Origin: Ministeria vibrans ATCC 50519
Lineage: Eukaryota > Protista > Filasterea
Length of the DNA: 64,000 bases
Direction of reading: 5' to 3'
Assembly: GCA_943704425.1 (NCBI GenBank)
Contig: CALSCP010000945.1
Location: forward strand, 155,165-219,164
The first letter of the stretch is position 1. The number at the start of each line of letters is the position of its first letter. The position numbers and the translations under genes were made by a program. Below, piece by piece: positions 24,620 to 39,411 of this stretch. A model generated the notes under the pieces. The model was not told the origin of the DNA and did not search any database. It saw only the letters and a list, made by a program, of their open reading frames with translations.

Positions 24620-26652
24620 ATGCGCACTTTCATATCAGTCCTCACATTAGGACTACTCTGCACCGCGGCACCCTCCAAACCCACGACGACACTTCACCAC
24701 ACCACACTAGTCTTGGAACACGCAAGCGAAGGGGCGCTGCGGGCCACGCAGCAGCGGGCGCGCGAACTGGACGGCGTCGTGACCATCCAGCTTCCGTCGT
24801 CGACCATCTACCTGGCCGAGCCACTTCGGCTGACACATCGCGACAGCCACACGCGGTGGCAAGGAAAGTCGCCATTCACCGAACTCTCAGGGGGCCTTCC
24901 AGTTGAGGGCTGGGTGCGAGTGGGCGAACGAAACGGTAGCACACCAAACAACACTTGTGAGGAATCTAATCTCCATGGGAGCTCTAGGAATACCCCTGTG
25001 GACGGCGCCACTTCCCGAGCGAGCAACACAACGGCCCGAACAACTGTTTGCTAGAGATGGTCGTCGCACTCGAGCGCGTACTCCCAATCTGGGCGAATAC
25101 TTCATCTGGAAAGCGCCCGTCTGCAATCTCACAGCGCCCTCTGACCCAGGCTGCAGCGAACGCGCCCGATACGGCTTTGTCTACAACAACACGGACGTTC
25201 TGTCTGTCTACGCCAACAACGACCAAGTCCAATTTACTGTATGTCGGAGATCGAACTTTGTGGCGGTTGACACTGATTGCTTTTTCTTCGTACGTTCTTT
25301 TTCTTTCTTAGATGTATCACGCGTGGACAGTGAGCCGACACCACCTGCGCGAAATTCAGCCATGGAACAACACTGTGTGGTTCACCAATCCATCGGATCG
25401 ACCTATTGGCACCTGGAGCAACCACGACAGCGAGGGTGGCGGGCGTTATTATGTTGACAACATTTTGGAGGGTCTGGATGCGCCCGGTGAATGGTACTGC
25501 GACTACCCTGGACGTCTCATCTTCTACCTTGCCAGACGGCCTGACGAAGGTAACGAAGGGAACGATCGAGCTCAGTTGACTCTTTTTCGGTAGATCCCAA
25601 CCGAATGGGGTTTGTGGTGCCGCAGCTGCAGCGGGTGTTGCTTGTGGATGGGGCAGTCGATGTAGAGTTGAACGGACTTCGCATTGCTCACTCAGACTGG
25701 CACTGTGGCCAGGTGCAAGTATGTGATTACCAGAGCACTGCATGGACAGCAGTGGCTGCGGTGGAGGTGGTGCGCTCACAGCAGGTCCGCTTTGACTTTG
25801 TGGAGCTCGTTCATCACGGGTTCTACGCTTTTTGGTACCAGCGTAGCTTTATGTGTAGTGCATCTCCTGGTTGGTTTTCATTCTCAGTCCCGCTCCCTCT
25901 TGCTTGGTCATATTAGGGTTCACAATGGCGCGCATGACATCACGCTGCAACGCGCATTCATTTGGGATTTGGGGAGCGGGGGAGTGCGCATTGGCAGTGG
26001 GCATCTGGATATCCCAACGGGGCGGGCAACAGGCGGGCATCTCTGGAGCACACACGTGCACTCCTGTACGCAAAAAGAGAGCGAGCGAGAAACAAAAAAC
26101 ATTAATCGCGTGTATACACGTTATATGTGTAGCGGTGGGTGTGACTGTAAACGATGCCGAAGTACACAACGTGACGGTGGCAGACTCAGTCATTGCCCAC
26201 GGTGGATTTGTCTTTCCCTCGGGCACGGGTGTCTTTGTGCAAGTCAGTGCACCATCCAAGCAGTCCTCCATTCCAACATTGCCACTCTTTGCTGACACTC
26301 AACACATTTTTTTCCTCCCCGCTGCAGGCCAATGTCCGCAACGTAAGTATTGTGCACAATGATATCGCGCATTTTGCCGGAAACGGTGTGAGCGTTGGCT
26401 GGGTATGAGCTCACTCACACTATTGACTTGAAGACTCACCCAGCCTACGCGCCCTGTAGGACTGGCACGCGAGTGTGCCATCCAATTCAAGCGGACACAC
26501 TGTTGCCCAGAATCACATCCACCACTTGGGCACAACAAGGGAGCTAGGCGATGCCTTCGGGTGCATTTACACACTCGGACAGCTCAACGGAACGCACCTT
26601 GACAACAACCTATGTCACGATGTGTACGCGTATAATCTGGGCGGTATGTGTT

Positions 26653-26683
<31 letters not shown>

Positions 26684-27667
26684 CAGGAGGCAATATATGT
26701 ATCATTATGTGAGTGTGTGTGGTTGTTTGAGTAGGGTTCTTTGTGTCGCATGACTCCAGCTCCAGCAACATCACCACCACCAACAACGTCTGCTTCCACA
26801 CTTCATGTACACTTATTCGAAATTACACAACTACACTCACTCACACACACGCTCTCTTCAACTGTTATTGTATTATCCCCTTAGCTTCGTCGTTTTACCT
26901 GTCGCATGGCATTGGCATCGAGGTGCGCAACAATCTATTTCTCGAGGGTGGATACAACTCGTCCATCCCTCAGAACCCCGCCGGCTTTAGAACACTCCCA
27001 AAGGTGTATCAGATACTCTCTCAACACACGCAAACAGCTGACTCGCCCATGTCTAGACGACCACTCTGAATGAGTTTGTGCTCGATCTCAATGTGTACTA
27101 TAACACAAATCGTTCCGCCGAAATGTTTGACGGCGACTTTGAAATGAAGCTCTCCCCACTCGTACGACAAACACAGCACTGACTTGCGCACTACTTCCAC
27201 CCACTCATTTTCTGTGTCAGTGGAATATATCATTTTCGCGAACCCTCTACTGGAACAGCGCATTCAACGACCTCGCCAACCGCACAGTGTTTGGGGGATG
27301 CACTGTCAATTGTTGGCCGCACGAGCACTTTACCTTTGCGCAGTGGCAGAGCCAGGGAATGGTATATTGTGTGTGTGTTGTTGAGTTTGAGTACTCGTGT
27401 ATGAGGCGGATTGAGCTGTTGTCCCTTCTCTGTTTACGTGCTGTGCTGCTCTCACAATTTCTTTTCCTTTGGTTTACACAGGATCTCGATGGCGCAGTAG
27501 CCGATCCGCTCTTTGCAGACCCTCACCGCTACACAACCTTTAACTTTACTCTCTTGCCAGAAAGTCCAGCACTCGCGCGCGGATTCACCCAGATTGATGT
27601 TTCACATGTGGGCCCCCGCCACGCCACCCCCACGCCAAAGCACCGCGCCCTCGAGCCATCGCTTTAA
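24620..27667 (+). CDS. Secreted right-handed parallel beta-helix protein (GH141/pectin-lyase-like), many exons
   Basis: Signal-like N-terminus; YLAEPLRLTHRDS, LSGG, QLF...RARTPN, YHAWTVSRH, RYYVDNILEGLDAPGEWY, IVHNDIAH...GVSVGW, NHIHH...GCIYTLG, ADPLFADP...FTLLPESPALARGF. Confidence 0.8.
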
Positions 27668-27735
27668 TACATTCACTATTATTATTATTATTATTACACA
27701 CAAGAAAATGAGAATCACACGCGCCTTGCACAACA

Positions 27736-29390
<1,655 letters not shown>

Positions 29391-29501
29391 CAGAAAAAAG
29401 AAAAACAATTGCGAAGATGAAAGAGGCGAGTGACAGGCGACGGGAGTAGACTGTGTGTGTGTGAAACTGACTTGAGCGATCACTTCACTTTTGTTTGCCG
29501 A

Positions 29502-30619
29502 ATGGCGGGCCGAGGAGAGAGCACAAGAGTCACGGCGACTGACGACGGAGCGACATTGACAGACGATGGAACGACGCCCCTGACACAGGGTGAACCCTCA
29601 CCGCCGCAATACGACGTGGCCGTCGCAAGTACAATGAACTTGCGCCCTTTTGGTTTGTGTTCATCCCCTTCCTCCTAGACGACGAAGCAACTCCTCCCGC
29701 GTACGACTCGATTTTTGGACGTCTATTCAATGCTGCCGGAGGATCGTCGTCCGGTTTGCGCCAGAGTCGAACGAGAATTCGATGGAAAACGAGCGCATTG
29801 GTGTGCGCCACCGTCCTGATGGTTCTCGAGCCTCTCTACATCACAATCATCGGCATTCGCTTCTGGGGCGATCAGTACTGCAAAAACACCATGGTGGCCA
29901 ACTACCTTACAGTCGCAGGGCTCGTTGCATTGTTTCTGGTACGCATTGCAGAGCGCAAGAATACTGAATCAATGCACAATGTTACAGAACACACACATGA
30001 TGTACCACGCCTTCCGCAACCGCCGCGACGCTGACAAACGCCACGAACAAGGCCTCCCACCCAGTCCCGAGCGTCGTCCCGCTTGCTACTACTTCTCTCT
30101 TCTCGTCTTTTTCTTTTCCTTTGTCTGGTAACGCATTGTACCGAAACAGTCGCCTGTTGACTGTTCTATAGGTTTATTATCGGAAATGTGACGGTTTTTC
30201 GCTTTGACCCTGGGCCTCACTTTGAAAACTGTCGGCGAATCGTGTACGACTCGGCACTCGGCAATGTGCTGCTTGCGTGGGCGATTGTCGGGTTTGCCTG
30301 CTGCTGCTCGTGCCTCTTCATCTCCCTTGTCAATGCCGCCTCCACTCGCATTCCTGTGCCTGTTTCACCACCGGACCCTAGCAACAGCGACGGCGACGGT
30401 GAATTGGGCAGTAGCGCGGCCATTGCGCTGGCTTCTCTGGCGCTCTCGCAGTCGCGTCGCGTTCCAGCGACGCTGTCGCCGGAAAGGACAGCGGTGACGG
30501 TGGAGCCCGACATAAGCGAAAGTGAAGAAGAAGCGGAGGAGGAGGAGGGAGTCGATGGGGAGCAAGACACGAGTGAGCAATTTGCAGCTCATTTGTGTGC
30601 ATCAACATCACAAGTATGA
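29502..30619 (+). CDS. Four-TM membrane protein, TMEM272-like
   Basis: IIGIRFWGDQYC...YLTVAG, FSFVW|FIIGNVTVF, C..IVY, Cys-rich FACCCSCL after the last TM; N-terminal PPQY and PPAY. Confidence 0.65.
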
Positions 30620-31117
30620 GAAGCGAAGCAAGTGCTTTTTACACGACCACCAAACTCGCCGAAGCACTGGAGCAGATGGTTGGTTTCAGAATTTTATATT
30701 TAACTAATATTGTGAGTTACAGGAATAATAATACTATTAAAAATAATAAAAATATTATTATAATTATTTTAATAATAATAATAATAATAATTATTATTAT
30801 TATTATTAATAAGGAAGCGAAAATTAATCATAAGAGTTTTTGTTGAAGAAAAAAATAACAATTAATAGGAATGCTCAATTGGGGTATTATTCCAGTATCT
30901 CCTGATGAAAAATATTATTAATAATCATGTAGTATGTGCTGAGCGAGTGTGTTGTACTCAATGTGCCTTAAATTTTCTCAGTGCGGAGGGCGGGTCAAAT
31001 GCACAAACACCCGCACTACTTTTTGAGTTTACGAGCTCTGCGCTGGCCTCAAACTGGAAGAGTGTGTGCATCGACTTGACACTGGGCGTGTGTGGAGGAG
31101 TGCAAATTGCAATGTTG

Positions 31118-31149
<32 letters not shown>

Positions 31150-31244
31150 GGTGATTAAGGAGAGAGTGAGAGTGTGATTGAGAGAGATCTGGGGGAAACC
31201 ACTCAAACCAAGATGATCACAATCACACTTTTTTGAATAGATAG

Positions 31245-33109
31245 ATGGACATCGACTCCCTCCGCTGGCAAGCGGTAGGGATTCGAAGTGGTTGTACACA
31301 CACCCGCGACTATCGTCGAAACGGCCCAACTCGCTGCGATTCGTCTTCAATTGTGCGTCAGGACGAATGTGAAACGTGCTTCTCGCACTGCTGGCCTCAC
31401 GCATGCGTCTTGTGCGGCGCCGTTCGGTGCAAAGACCACCTAGCAGCACACTGGACTCTCTGCCGCGCCCAGACAGCCGCACACACGCACAGGCTGGGTA
31501 AGACGAGCGCGCAGCGAGCCGTCTCTCAACCGTCCTTCTGTCGTCCTTCTTGCGTTGCGCAGCGAGAGACGTCAAGCGCGGGCATATATACTGTGGCGAA
31601 TGCGACGACTACGTGTACGATCTTGAATTGGAACACCGCGCGCCGACTGCGCTGCAAGAGCCAGAGCTGCGGGAGTGCATCAATGTATTTGCATTTTTGG
31701 TTTGGGGGTTTGTTTGTCGCTCGTCGCAACATTGATCGCCTTTTCTCCTCAGGTATCGACCCGAATCCATCACAGCCTTGACCGCACCGCATCACTACGG
31801 GGCTTGTACAACCTGGGCAACACGTGTTTCGTCAACAGCGTGCTTCAGTCTATCCTCTCGTCCACTTCACTTGCGCGTTACTTTCTCGCCGACAAACACC
31901 CTCGTCAGCTCTGCACAACCCTCCATACCGCTCCTTGTCTCTGCTGCGAACTGGACTCCATTGTGCGCGCATGCCACTCGGGTCACGTTTCTCCTTTTTC
32001 TACACATGCTTTTCTCTTTGCACTCTGGTCCACAGGTGAGTCACGAAACGCCGAATAATGCGCTCCATCATCATTCTCCCTGGACAGCACACCATCTGGC
32101 GGGCTACGAACAACAAGACGCCCAAGAGCTGTACATTGCCGTCATGAACGTTCTGCACGAGCGCCTTATCCCACCCCAACAGCACCGCTCAGCCAACAGC
32201 CACTGCGACTGCATTGGTATCACCCAAAAAAGTCACTAAAATCGCCACCAGCTTTTCAATATTATTTTATCATTATTATTCACTCACTCACTCACTTGCA
32301 CTCACAATCCTACAGCACACGATGTCTTTTCAGGGACCTTGCTGTCCGTCCTCCAATGCCAGACGTGCGGCACTCAGTCACGCACGCACGAGCTCTTCTG
32401 GGACGTCTCACTGCACGTAACAAGCACTCAGACAGAGGGTCCACCCTCCCTCGAGTCCTGTCTCGCCCGCTTTACCTCTGTACACTACACACATGCACAC
32501 GCATACATATTCTGACATGTTTTCCCGTCCCTTTCTGTGTGTCTCAGGCGGAGTCTCTTGACGCTCTCTTTCCCTGCGACCACTGCCAAAGCCCTCAACC
32601 CGCCCGCAAGTCTTTTTCTTTTGACCGTCTCCCTCAAACTCTCGTCTTCCACATCAAAGTCAGTTTTTTCTCGCACACTTTGTTTCAATCACTCATAACC
32701 TCAACTTTTACTAATAATTTTCTCTCTAACAACGTATCTTTGTTTACAGCGATTCAATGCAATTAGTAAAATTGGGACGTTTGTGGAGTTTCCACTGCGC
32801 ATCTCAATTACCCCCGACCAGCAACAAGAACAGCAGAAACAATGCTCAGCCGTTCCCGCAGACCATCCCCGCGTCTACCGCTTGATCGCGGTCGTCATTC
32901 ATCACGGCACCATCGCCTCGGGTCACTACACTGCCTATGTCTTCAGAAACGACGAGGTAATTTTTTCTTCTTCCTTCACTTTTTCTCTGACTGACATGAC
33001 TTGACAGTGGTTTCATGTTGACGATGCTGCTGTCACCCTTGCGTCCGTTGCAAGCGTTCTCGCGAGTTCCGCCTATCTGCTCTTTTACGAGCACATCGCC
33101 TCCAATTGA
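31245..33109 (+). CDS. USP22: Ubiquitin-specific protease USP22/Ubp8 (zf-UBP plus UCH), multi-exon
   Basis: zf-UBP Cys/His (HACVLCGAVRC, IYCGECDDYVYD), LRGLYNLGNTCFVNSVLQ, HLAGYEQQDAQE, AVVIHHGTIASGHY, WFHVDD, AYLLFYE. Confidence 0.88.
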
Positions 33110-33208
33110 CTCGATCGTGTATCATGCTCCATCCACTCTGTACCCACTAGCACCAATGTAGACCAGAAAACTAGGCTAATTATTTCAATTTTTTATATAA
33201 CAACTGCG

Positions 33209-34384
33209 CTACATCACGACACACGCGCGACTCTTCTGCTTTCCCGCCTTCTTGGGCGGCCCTTTCTTCCCCTGCACCTGTGCCTTCTTTTCCTTCTTCT
33301 TGTTCTTCTTCTTGAGGGGCGAAGGTGCTTCTTCCTCCTCACTGCTACTGCTCTCACTGCTGCTGCTCTCACTGCTGCTCTCACTGCTGCTCTCACTTTC
33401 ACTCGTACCACTGTCCTCCTCCTTCTTCTTACTCCCCGTCTTGCTCTTGCTCGACTTTTTCTCCTCACCACCCCCCATTGTCTCCTCCACAATCGTCTTG
33501 CCCTTGCGCTTCTTCTTCGCCTCCTCTTGCGCTGTGCGTTCCGCTTCCTCCGCCTCGCGCTCTGCTTTCTCACGTTCCATCCGCAGTCGCCGCTTTGTCT
33601 CCGCCAGAGTGGGCTTTGACGATTTCGTCGACGCGGGTGCCGGCAGTGCCAGAGGCCGTGACGCGGTGTTGCCCTTCATCCATGGCTTCTCCTCCACCAC
33701 CTTCTTGACTGTTTTCATTGACGCACTCGCAGCACCTCCACTTCCGCCTTCTCCACCGGTGAGATCCTCAGCGCTTCGCGACCGACTCAAACTGCCGCTC
33801 GTTGTGGTGGACGATGCTGCGCTCGTAGGCGCCTTCACATTGCCGGACACGGTCACGCCTGTGTGTGCCTTGAGAATGTTCGTCTTGCGTACTGGCGGGA
33901 CCTTACGTGCCCCACCGCTTGCCAACATCAGCATGTGACAGCCTCCGCACACCACGTCGGCAATACAACTTGCCTCGACAGCTTTCACCGGCGCAGCGTC
34001 CCAGTACCCGCCTGTCTCACGCCCGTCCACGCCGAGCTTTCCATGTCGCCCCTCTCCAAACGTCAGCACTGCTCCCGTGTCTGTCAACGCCGCCGTGTGG
34101 TCACTTCCACACTCAATCTTGCTCACGCGCACGTACGACAGCCCGTCAACCAGTCGCGGCCGCTCAATGGTCTTCAAGTGGTCCGGATGGCCCGTCTGTC
34201 CGTACTACAAGAAGACATCAGATCAGACGCGCTTGACATTATAATCATCATTATCATTATTATTATTATTATTAATTTTGTTATTGTTATTATTATTGTT
34301 ATTATTATTATTATTGTTATTATTATTGTTATTGTTATTATTATTGTTATTGTTATTAGTATTAATATGTTATTAGTATTAATA

Positions 34385-34429
<45 letters not shown>

Positions 34430-36548
34430 GCTCTTACTTGGTTGTCACCAAAAGAGTACACCTTGCCCTTGTCGGTGAGAACGGCCGTGTGGTTGTTGCC
34501 GCAGCTGACAGCGATGCAAGGATCGGCAATGGCCGTGACGCGCTGTGGACGAGCACTCGCGCCCGTCTCGTCTGTGCCCAGCTTGCCATCGTCGCCTTCG
34601 CCAAACATGTACAGCTGGCCTTTGGTGTTGACCACGCCCGTATGATAGTAACCGCAGCTTACGTGCGCCACGCGTCCTCCGAGCCCTCCCACCGCACTTG
34701 GCGTACTGCTCACCACGTCCTTCTTGCCTCCACCCAACTGCCCTTCTCCGCCACTGCCCCACACGAACAGCTCGCCTTCGTCGCTTACCGCCGCCGAGTG
34801 AAGTCCACCGCAGCTCACCTGTGTCCAATTGCGTCCATTCTAACACAGATACATATATAATTATATTATATACACACATACACATACACATACACATACT
34901 CATAATCAGCCGTGTGATCATCACTGAGCAACGACAAACATACCTTTTTGAAGACAATCTTCTTGGGCTCGTGCAGGTCCTCTGTGTTTCCATGGCCTAA
35001 CTGTCCGTCTCCCCCCGCCCCACACGAGAACAACTCTCCATTCTCCGTCGCAAATACCGTGTGGTGTCGTCCACATGCCACAAGTGTCACCTGACGAGTC
35101 GAAAAGATATGAGTGCACATCAGTTCGGGGGGGTTTTCACCTTTTCTCCCTTGAGTGGCTTGACCAGTGTAGGGCGATTGACAGCCATGGTGTGGCCCAA
35201 GCCCAGCTGGCCCCAGTCGTTTGCACCCCACGCGTACACTCGTCCCCGCTCCGTCACCACCACCGAATGCTCATCTCCCGCCTAAAAGGACACAATAAGC
35301 AAGAGAATAGCATGAGCACTAGTGCATATCACATATGTGCCTAACAAACGACACACAGTCTCTTACTGCCACAAACAAGACAACGTCGCCCTCCTTCATA
35401 GCAAACCGACCGGGCAGATTGCCGTTGTAGCGTGACTTGCCAAACGTAAACACAGTGCCTTTGGCCGCCACTGCCGCACTCGCATTTCCTTCCCCTTGCT
35501 TCTTCTCCTCCTCCTTCTCCTCCTTCTTTTTCTTCTTCCGCTTTTCTTCTTCACCCGAGCCGTCCTCCTGGTCACTGCGCTCCACTGCAGCATTGGTACT
35601 TGCCTTCTTCGTCTTCTTCTTTGACTTCAATGGTCTCTCATCATCCTCGTCTTCCAACTGCTGCGTCTTCTTCGTCTTCTTCTTCCTTGCGTCTTCCTTC
35701 TGACTCTCTTCCGACTCGTCGCTCTTGTACTGCGTCTTCTTCGCCATCTTCTTTTTCATCGTCTTGTTCTCGTCCTCACTATTGCTTCTGCTTTCCACCG
35801 CCCTGTTGCTCTTGGCGCTCTTTCCGTTTGCCGTTGCGTTCCTTTTCTTCGTGTCCCGCAAGTTGTTGTTGCTCTCCTCGTCGCTTGTCTCTTCCTTCTT
35901 CTCCTTCTCCTCCTTCTTCTTCTTCGCCGTCCTCACTGTTGTCTTCGTCTCCTTGTTGGGGCCTATCGTCTCTTCACTATCGTCCGTGTCACTGACTTGT
36001 CGCTCCTGTTTTGATTTCTTCTTCTTCTTCATCGACGCCTTGCGCTCATCCTCGCTCTCGCTCTCACTGTCACTGTCACTCTCACTGTCCTCCTTCTTCT
36101 TCTTCGCCGTCGCTTTCCCCACTGACCCGTTCTTCTTCAAGGGCTGCTTCTTCGTCGTGTTTCTTGTGCCGTTGTTGTCGTCGTCGTCGGAAGAGGAGGA
36201 AGAGTCACTTGAACTGCTGCGTTTTTGTGTGTTGCGTCGGTTGCCACGGTTGCGACTTGGACCATCACTGTCGCTTTCACTGTCGCTGTCGCTATCTGCC
36301 TTCCGAGCACCTCCACGTGTATTTTTCTTGGCCTTTGCACTGGCCGAGTCGCTGGCCGAGTCGCCACTTGACGAGTGGCGGGCTCGCGACGATTTTGACG
36401 CTGATTGACGTGTTTTTTTTTGCGATTTGTGTTTGTCGTCGTCGGAACCACTGGAGTCGGTGAAAACAAGCCGGGTGCGTGTTGGGTTGCCTTTTATTGG
36501 TGCTTTGCTCTTGGGCGCATCCGAGTCTGAGTCAGACGAGGAGCTCAT
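33209..36548 (-). CDS. RPGR: RPGR-like RCC1-repeat ciliary protein with acidic/Lys-rich N-extension and C-terminal CaaX
   Basis: [19 protein letters not shown]...GDEHSVVVT...[13 protein letters not shown]...PTLVKPLK parallels the RPGR N-terminal RCC1 region. Further RCC1 repeats follow; ends in polybasic ...KSRACVVM. Confidence 0.85.
34222..34430. repeat. (ATT)n microsatellite in an RPGR intron (similar tracts at about 23605-23685, 30720-30810, 39690-39822, 57550-57670)
   Basis: Direct observation. Confidence 0.95.
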
Positions 36549-36976
36549 TTTTCGAATTATAAAAAAATAATTTGAAATTATTATTCTTTTTTGATCATCA
36601 ATAATAATTCATCAAAGCAAACTCCATGCTCAATACCCTCCGTATTCGTACGGAGTACTGAGTCACTATTGAGTATTGAGTGACTGACTGTCTGACTGTC
36701 TGACTCACTCAGACTGAGTGTACTGACGTGACTCACGTGAGCGACATCTGTGATCTGACTAACGTGTCACGTATCTGATGAGTTTCATTGCTCAAAGCTA
36801 TCAATTAATTCAATTTTTGTTATCCTTCTCTGGTTGTTTCTTTTCTTGTCGGGCAAACAAAAGGGGTTTTAAATGCAATTACTATTTATTTAAGGGATTA
36901 GTAGTGGCTATTAAGTGACGCTGAAAATATTTTAATTTTAAATTAGATATATAAAGCAGAATAAGCAAAGGAATTA

Positions 36977-37096
36977 TTGTGCGTCCATATTCACGAGGAA
37001 ACACGAGTTCTCTTCCGAACACTCAAGTTAAGCTCGTGCAAGCCTTCGCAAGTAATATCGTGGGAGACCAGATGTGAACGGGGGGTGTCGCACACC
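36977..37096 (+). rRNA. 5S rRNA gene, copy 1
   Basis: 120 nt. Helix I TGTGCG/CGCACA, CCATA, helix II CACGAG/CTCGTG, loop C TCTTCCGAAC, box A AAGTTAAGC, box C AGTAATATCGTGGGAGACC, then a T-run terminator. Confidence 0.9.
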
Positions 37097-38520
37097 TTTT
37101 TTTTTTGTTTTTTTTTGGTAATTTTTTTTTTTCCCATGGCATATAATATTATTATTGTGTCTTCTTCTTCTATTAGGATTAATGTTGATTGTTGAACTTA
37201 AAATTACTTGTAGCTTGACAGATGTGGTATTCTTATCAAGGGTTAAGACTTAGGAGTGATGAGACTGAAGATAAATCAAAACACGTCTCATTATTAAAAT
37301 ATATTTTTTGACTTTCTTTGCTTTGCTACTCTTCACGACTAAATTAACAATTATTTTGAGTCAGTCGAACACTCTGCCTTGTCTTAGTCTATTCTTCACT
37401 CTTCTGCCGCCATCTGTGTTCGCGTGAACACCCGTCGTGATTCTTGCTTCTTTTTCTCTTGCAACAAGTTTTCTTTTTTTCACTATGGTACGGCAACGCG
37501 CAATGACAGCATCTGTATCGAATATGGATGTTACAAGCAGCTTGAAGTGTGGGCAGTGGTGAGAAGATGGTGCGACCAGTCGCCGAGATGGCGTGGGAGT
37601 GTCACCATTTTTCGTTTTTTTCATCTGTCGTTCGACCTTTTTTGCGTGCGTCACGCGTCAAACCTCGTCACTGCGCAGGTGATCGGGTCATTCCTGCGAC
37701 TCAGCAGACACGTTGCGTCGTCGTGTGCCGTGGCGCGCGTCAATCCGTCTCACTTTATCGACCTGATGTGAATGTTTCTGTCGTTTTCTTCTTCTTCACA
37801 TTAATAAATGGGTTGTATTCTTCTTCTTCTTCTTCTTCACATAATCGGACTCAGCAGCCGCCGGTGTCACAGCAACAGCAGCTGTACTTGAGGATAAAAC
37901 GCAAGAAGTTGACGATTTTTATTGAGACTGCGCACAATGGTATTGCTTCATGACAAAAAGACTCTGTTTTTAACGTGTGTGTGGTGACGTAGAGCTTGTC
38001 AGTGGTTTAAAAGGCAAACTCGACCCTATTGTGAAAGTTGACTCTCAAAAGGTGAAGCAAGTCGTCTGCCAGTGAACGTTTCTAACAAATATTTTGATTT
38101 TACTAGATTCGACTTGTGCATAAAGGTGTTGCACTGGACGACGCAAGTCCTTTGAGTGCATATCCCGTGCAAAACGACGACGAGGTGGCGCTGTGCTACA
38201 AGGGAGACGGTACTGCCTCTTGTGAATGGGTTGGTGGTGTAGTGTGCTAACATGTGTATTGTTGTTGGACAGATGGCGTGTGGGAGGATGTGGACATCAC
38301 GCCCGTGTCGCAGCCCGACGTTGTCGCTCCTGCCGAGGCCGAGTGAATCATTAAAAGTTGTTATAAAGAGTTTTGTTTGACGCACACACACGCAAAAAAA
38401 AGGCTTGAGTGATTCCTTTCAATCAACGAAACGAATTGTGATGAATAATAAAAATAATAATAATAAAGTCTTACAAAAAAGAATAAAAATAAAAGTCTTA
38501 CAAACAAAAAAAACAAAAAA

Positions 38521-38640
38521 GGTGTGCGACACCCCCCGTTCACATCTGGTCTCCCACGATATTACTTGCGAAGGCTTGCACGAGCTTAACTTGAGTGTTC
38601 GGAAGAGAACTCGTGTTTCCTCGTGAATATGGACGCACAA
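38521..38640 (-). rRNA. 5S rRNA gene, copy 2 (inverted, identical)
   Basis: Exact reverse complement of 36977-37096, followed by a T-run on the minus strand. Confidence 0.9.
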
Positions 38641-39411
38641 GAACAAAGTCGCTCTTTTGTGCATCAAACCCTCATTTTAAAATGCAAGCTCAAAACTGCG
38701 TGTTGTTTTGAAGATAATATGTGATGAAATCAACTAATTGTGCCTCTGAGACCGTTTGATTGACTCTGGCGCTTTTACAAAAGGCGTTTTTGTTTCAGCT
38801 TTTGGTGAGACGTGAGTGGCACACTGGCACACTGTCTCGGACAGACGTACGTCATAGTTTACTGTTCATACAGACCCTTTCGCTCGTATCTCCATTTCAG
38901 AGTGTTATTGTTCAGCAGGAGTGATGTGAGTGAACTAAAATTAATAATTCACACTTTTATACACACTTTACACTCTGCTATGTCGGAGTTCAAGAACTAC
39001 ACGCATCTGGACATTCAGCACGCTGAGTCCTGAGATAGCAAAGAAGGAAGCGCTCCACGGCTCACTGTATTGTCTTTTTTTTGTTGTTATGACAACCTCT
39101 CTTTTCTCACCTCTCTCCCGCGCTTGTAGGTTCACAAACTTCTCGCCTGCCTCGCGTACGTGAATTCGTAAACTATATCTCATGCAAGGCTATCGTTTTC
39201 TCACGTTGTATAAACATACGAAATCGAAACGATGACTTTGTCATAACTTGGTCAACTCCTCGCGATCGACACACGACTCCTCAAACAACTGCACAAGAAG
39301 TTGGATGGCACATGCAACCTCTTCTTGCGCCCACACCAGACCCACGTTTGAACTTTGCAAGGCGAAAGCTGAAGTCGCCTTCGTTCTACTAATAATAAGA
39401 ATAAGAAGAAG

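Noticed and set aside
36977-38640. MITE or DNA transposon with 120-bp terminal inverted repeats
   Set aside because: No target-site duplication, and the repeats fold as 5S rRNA with A/C boxes and T terminators.
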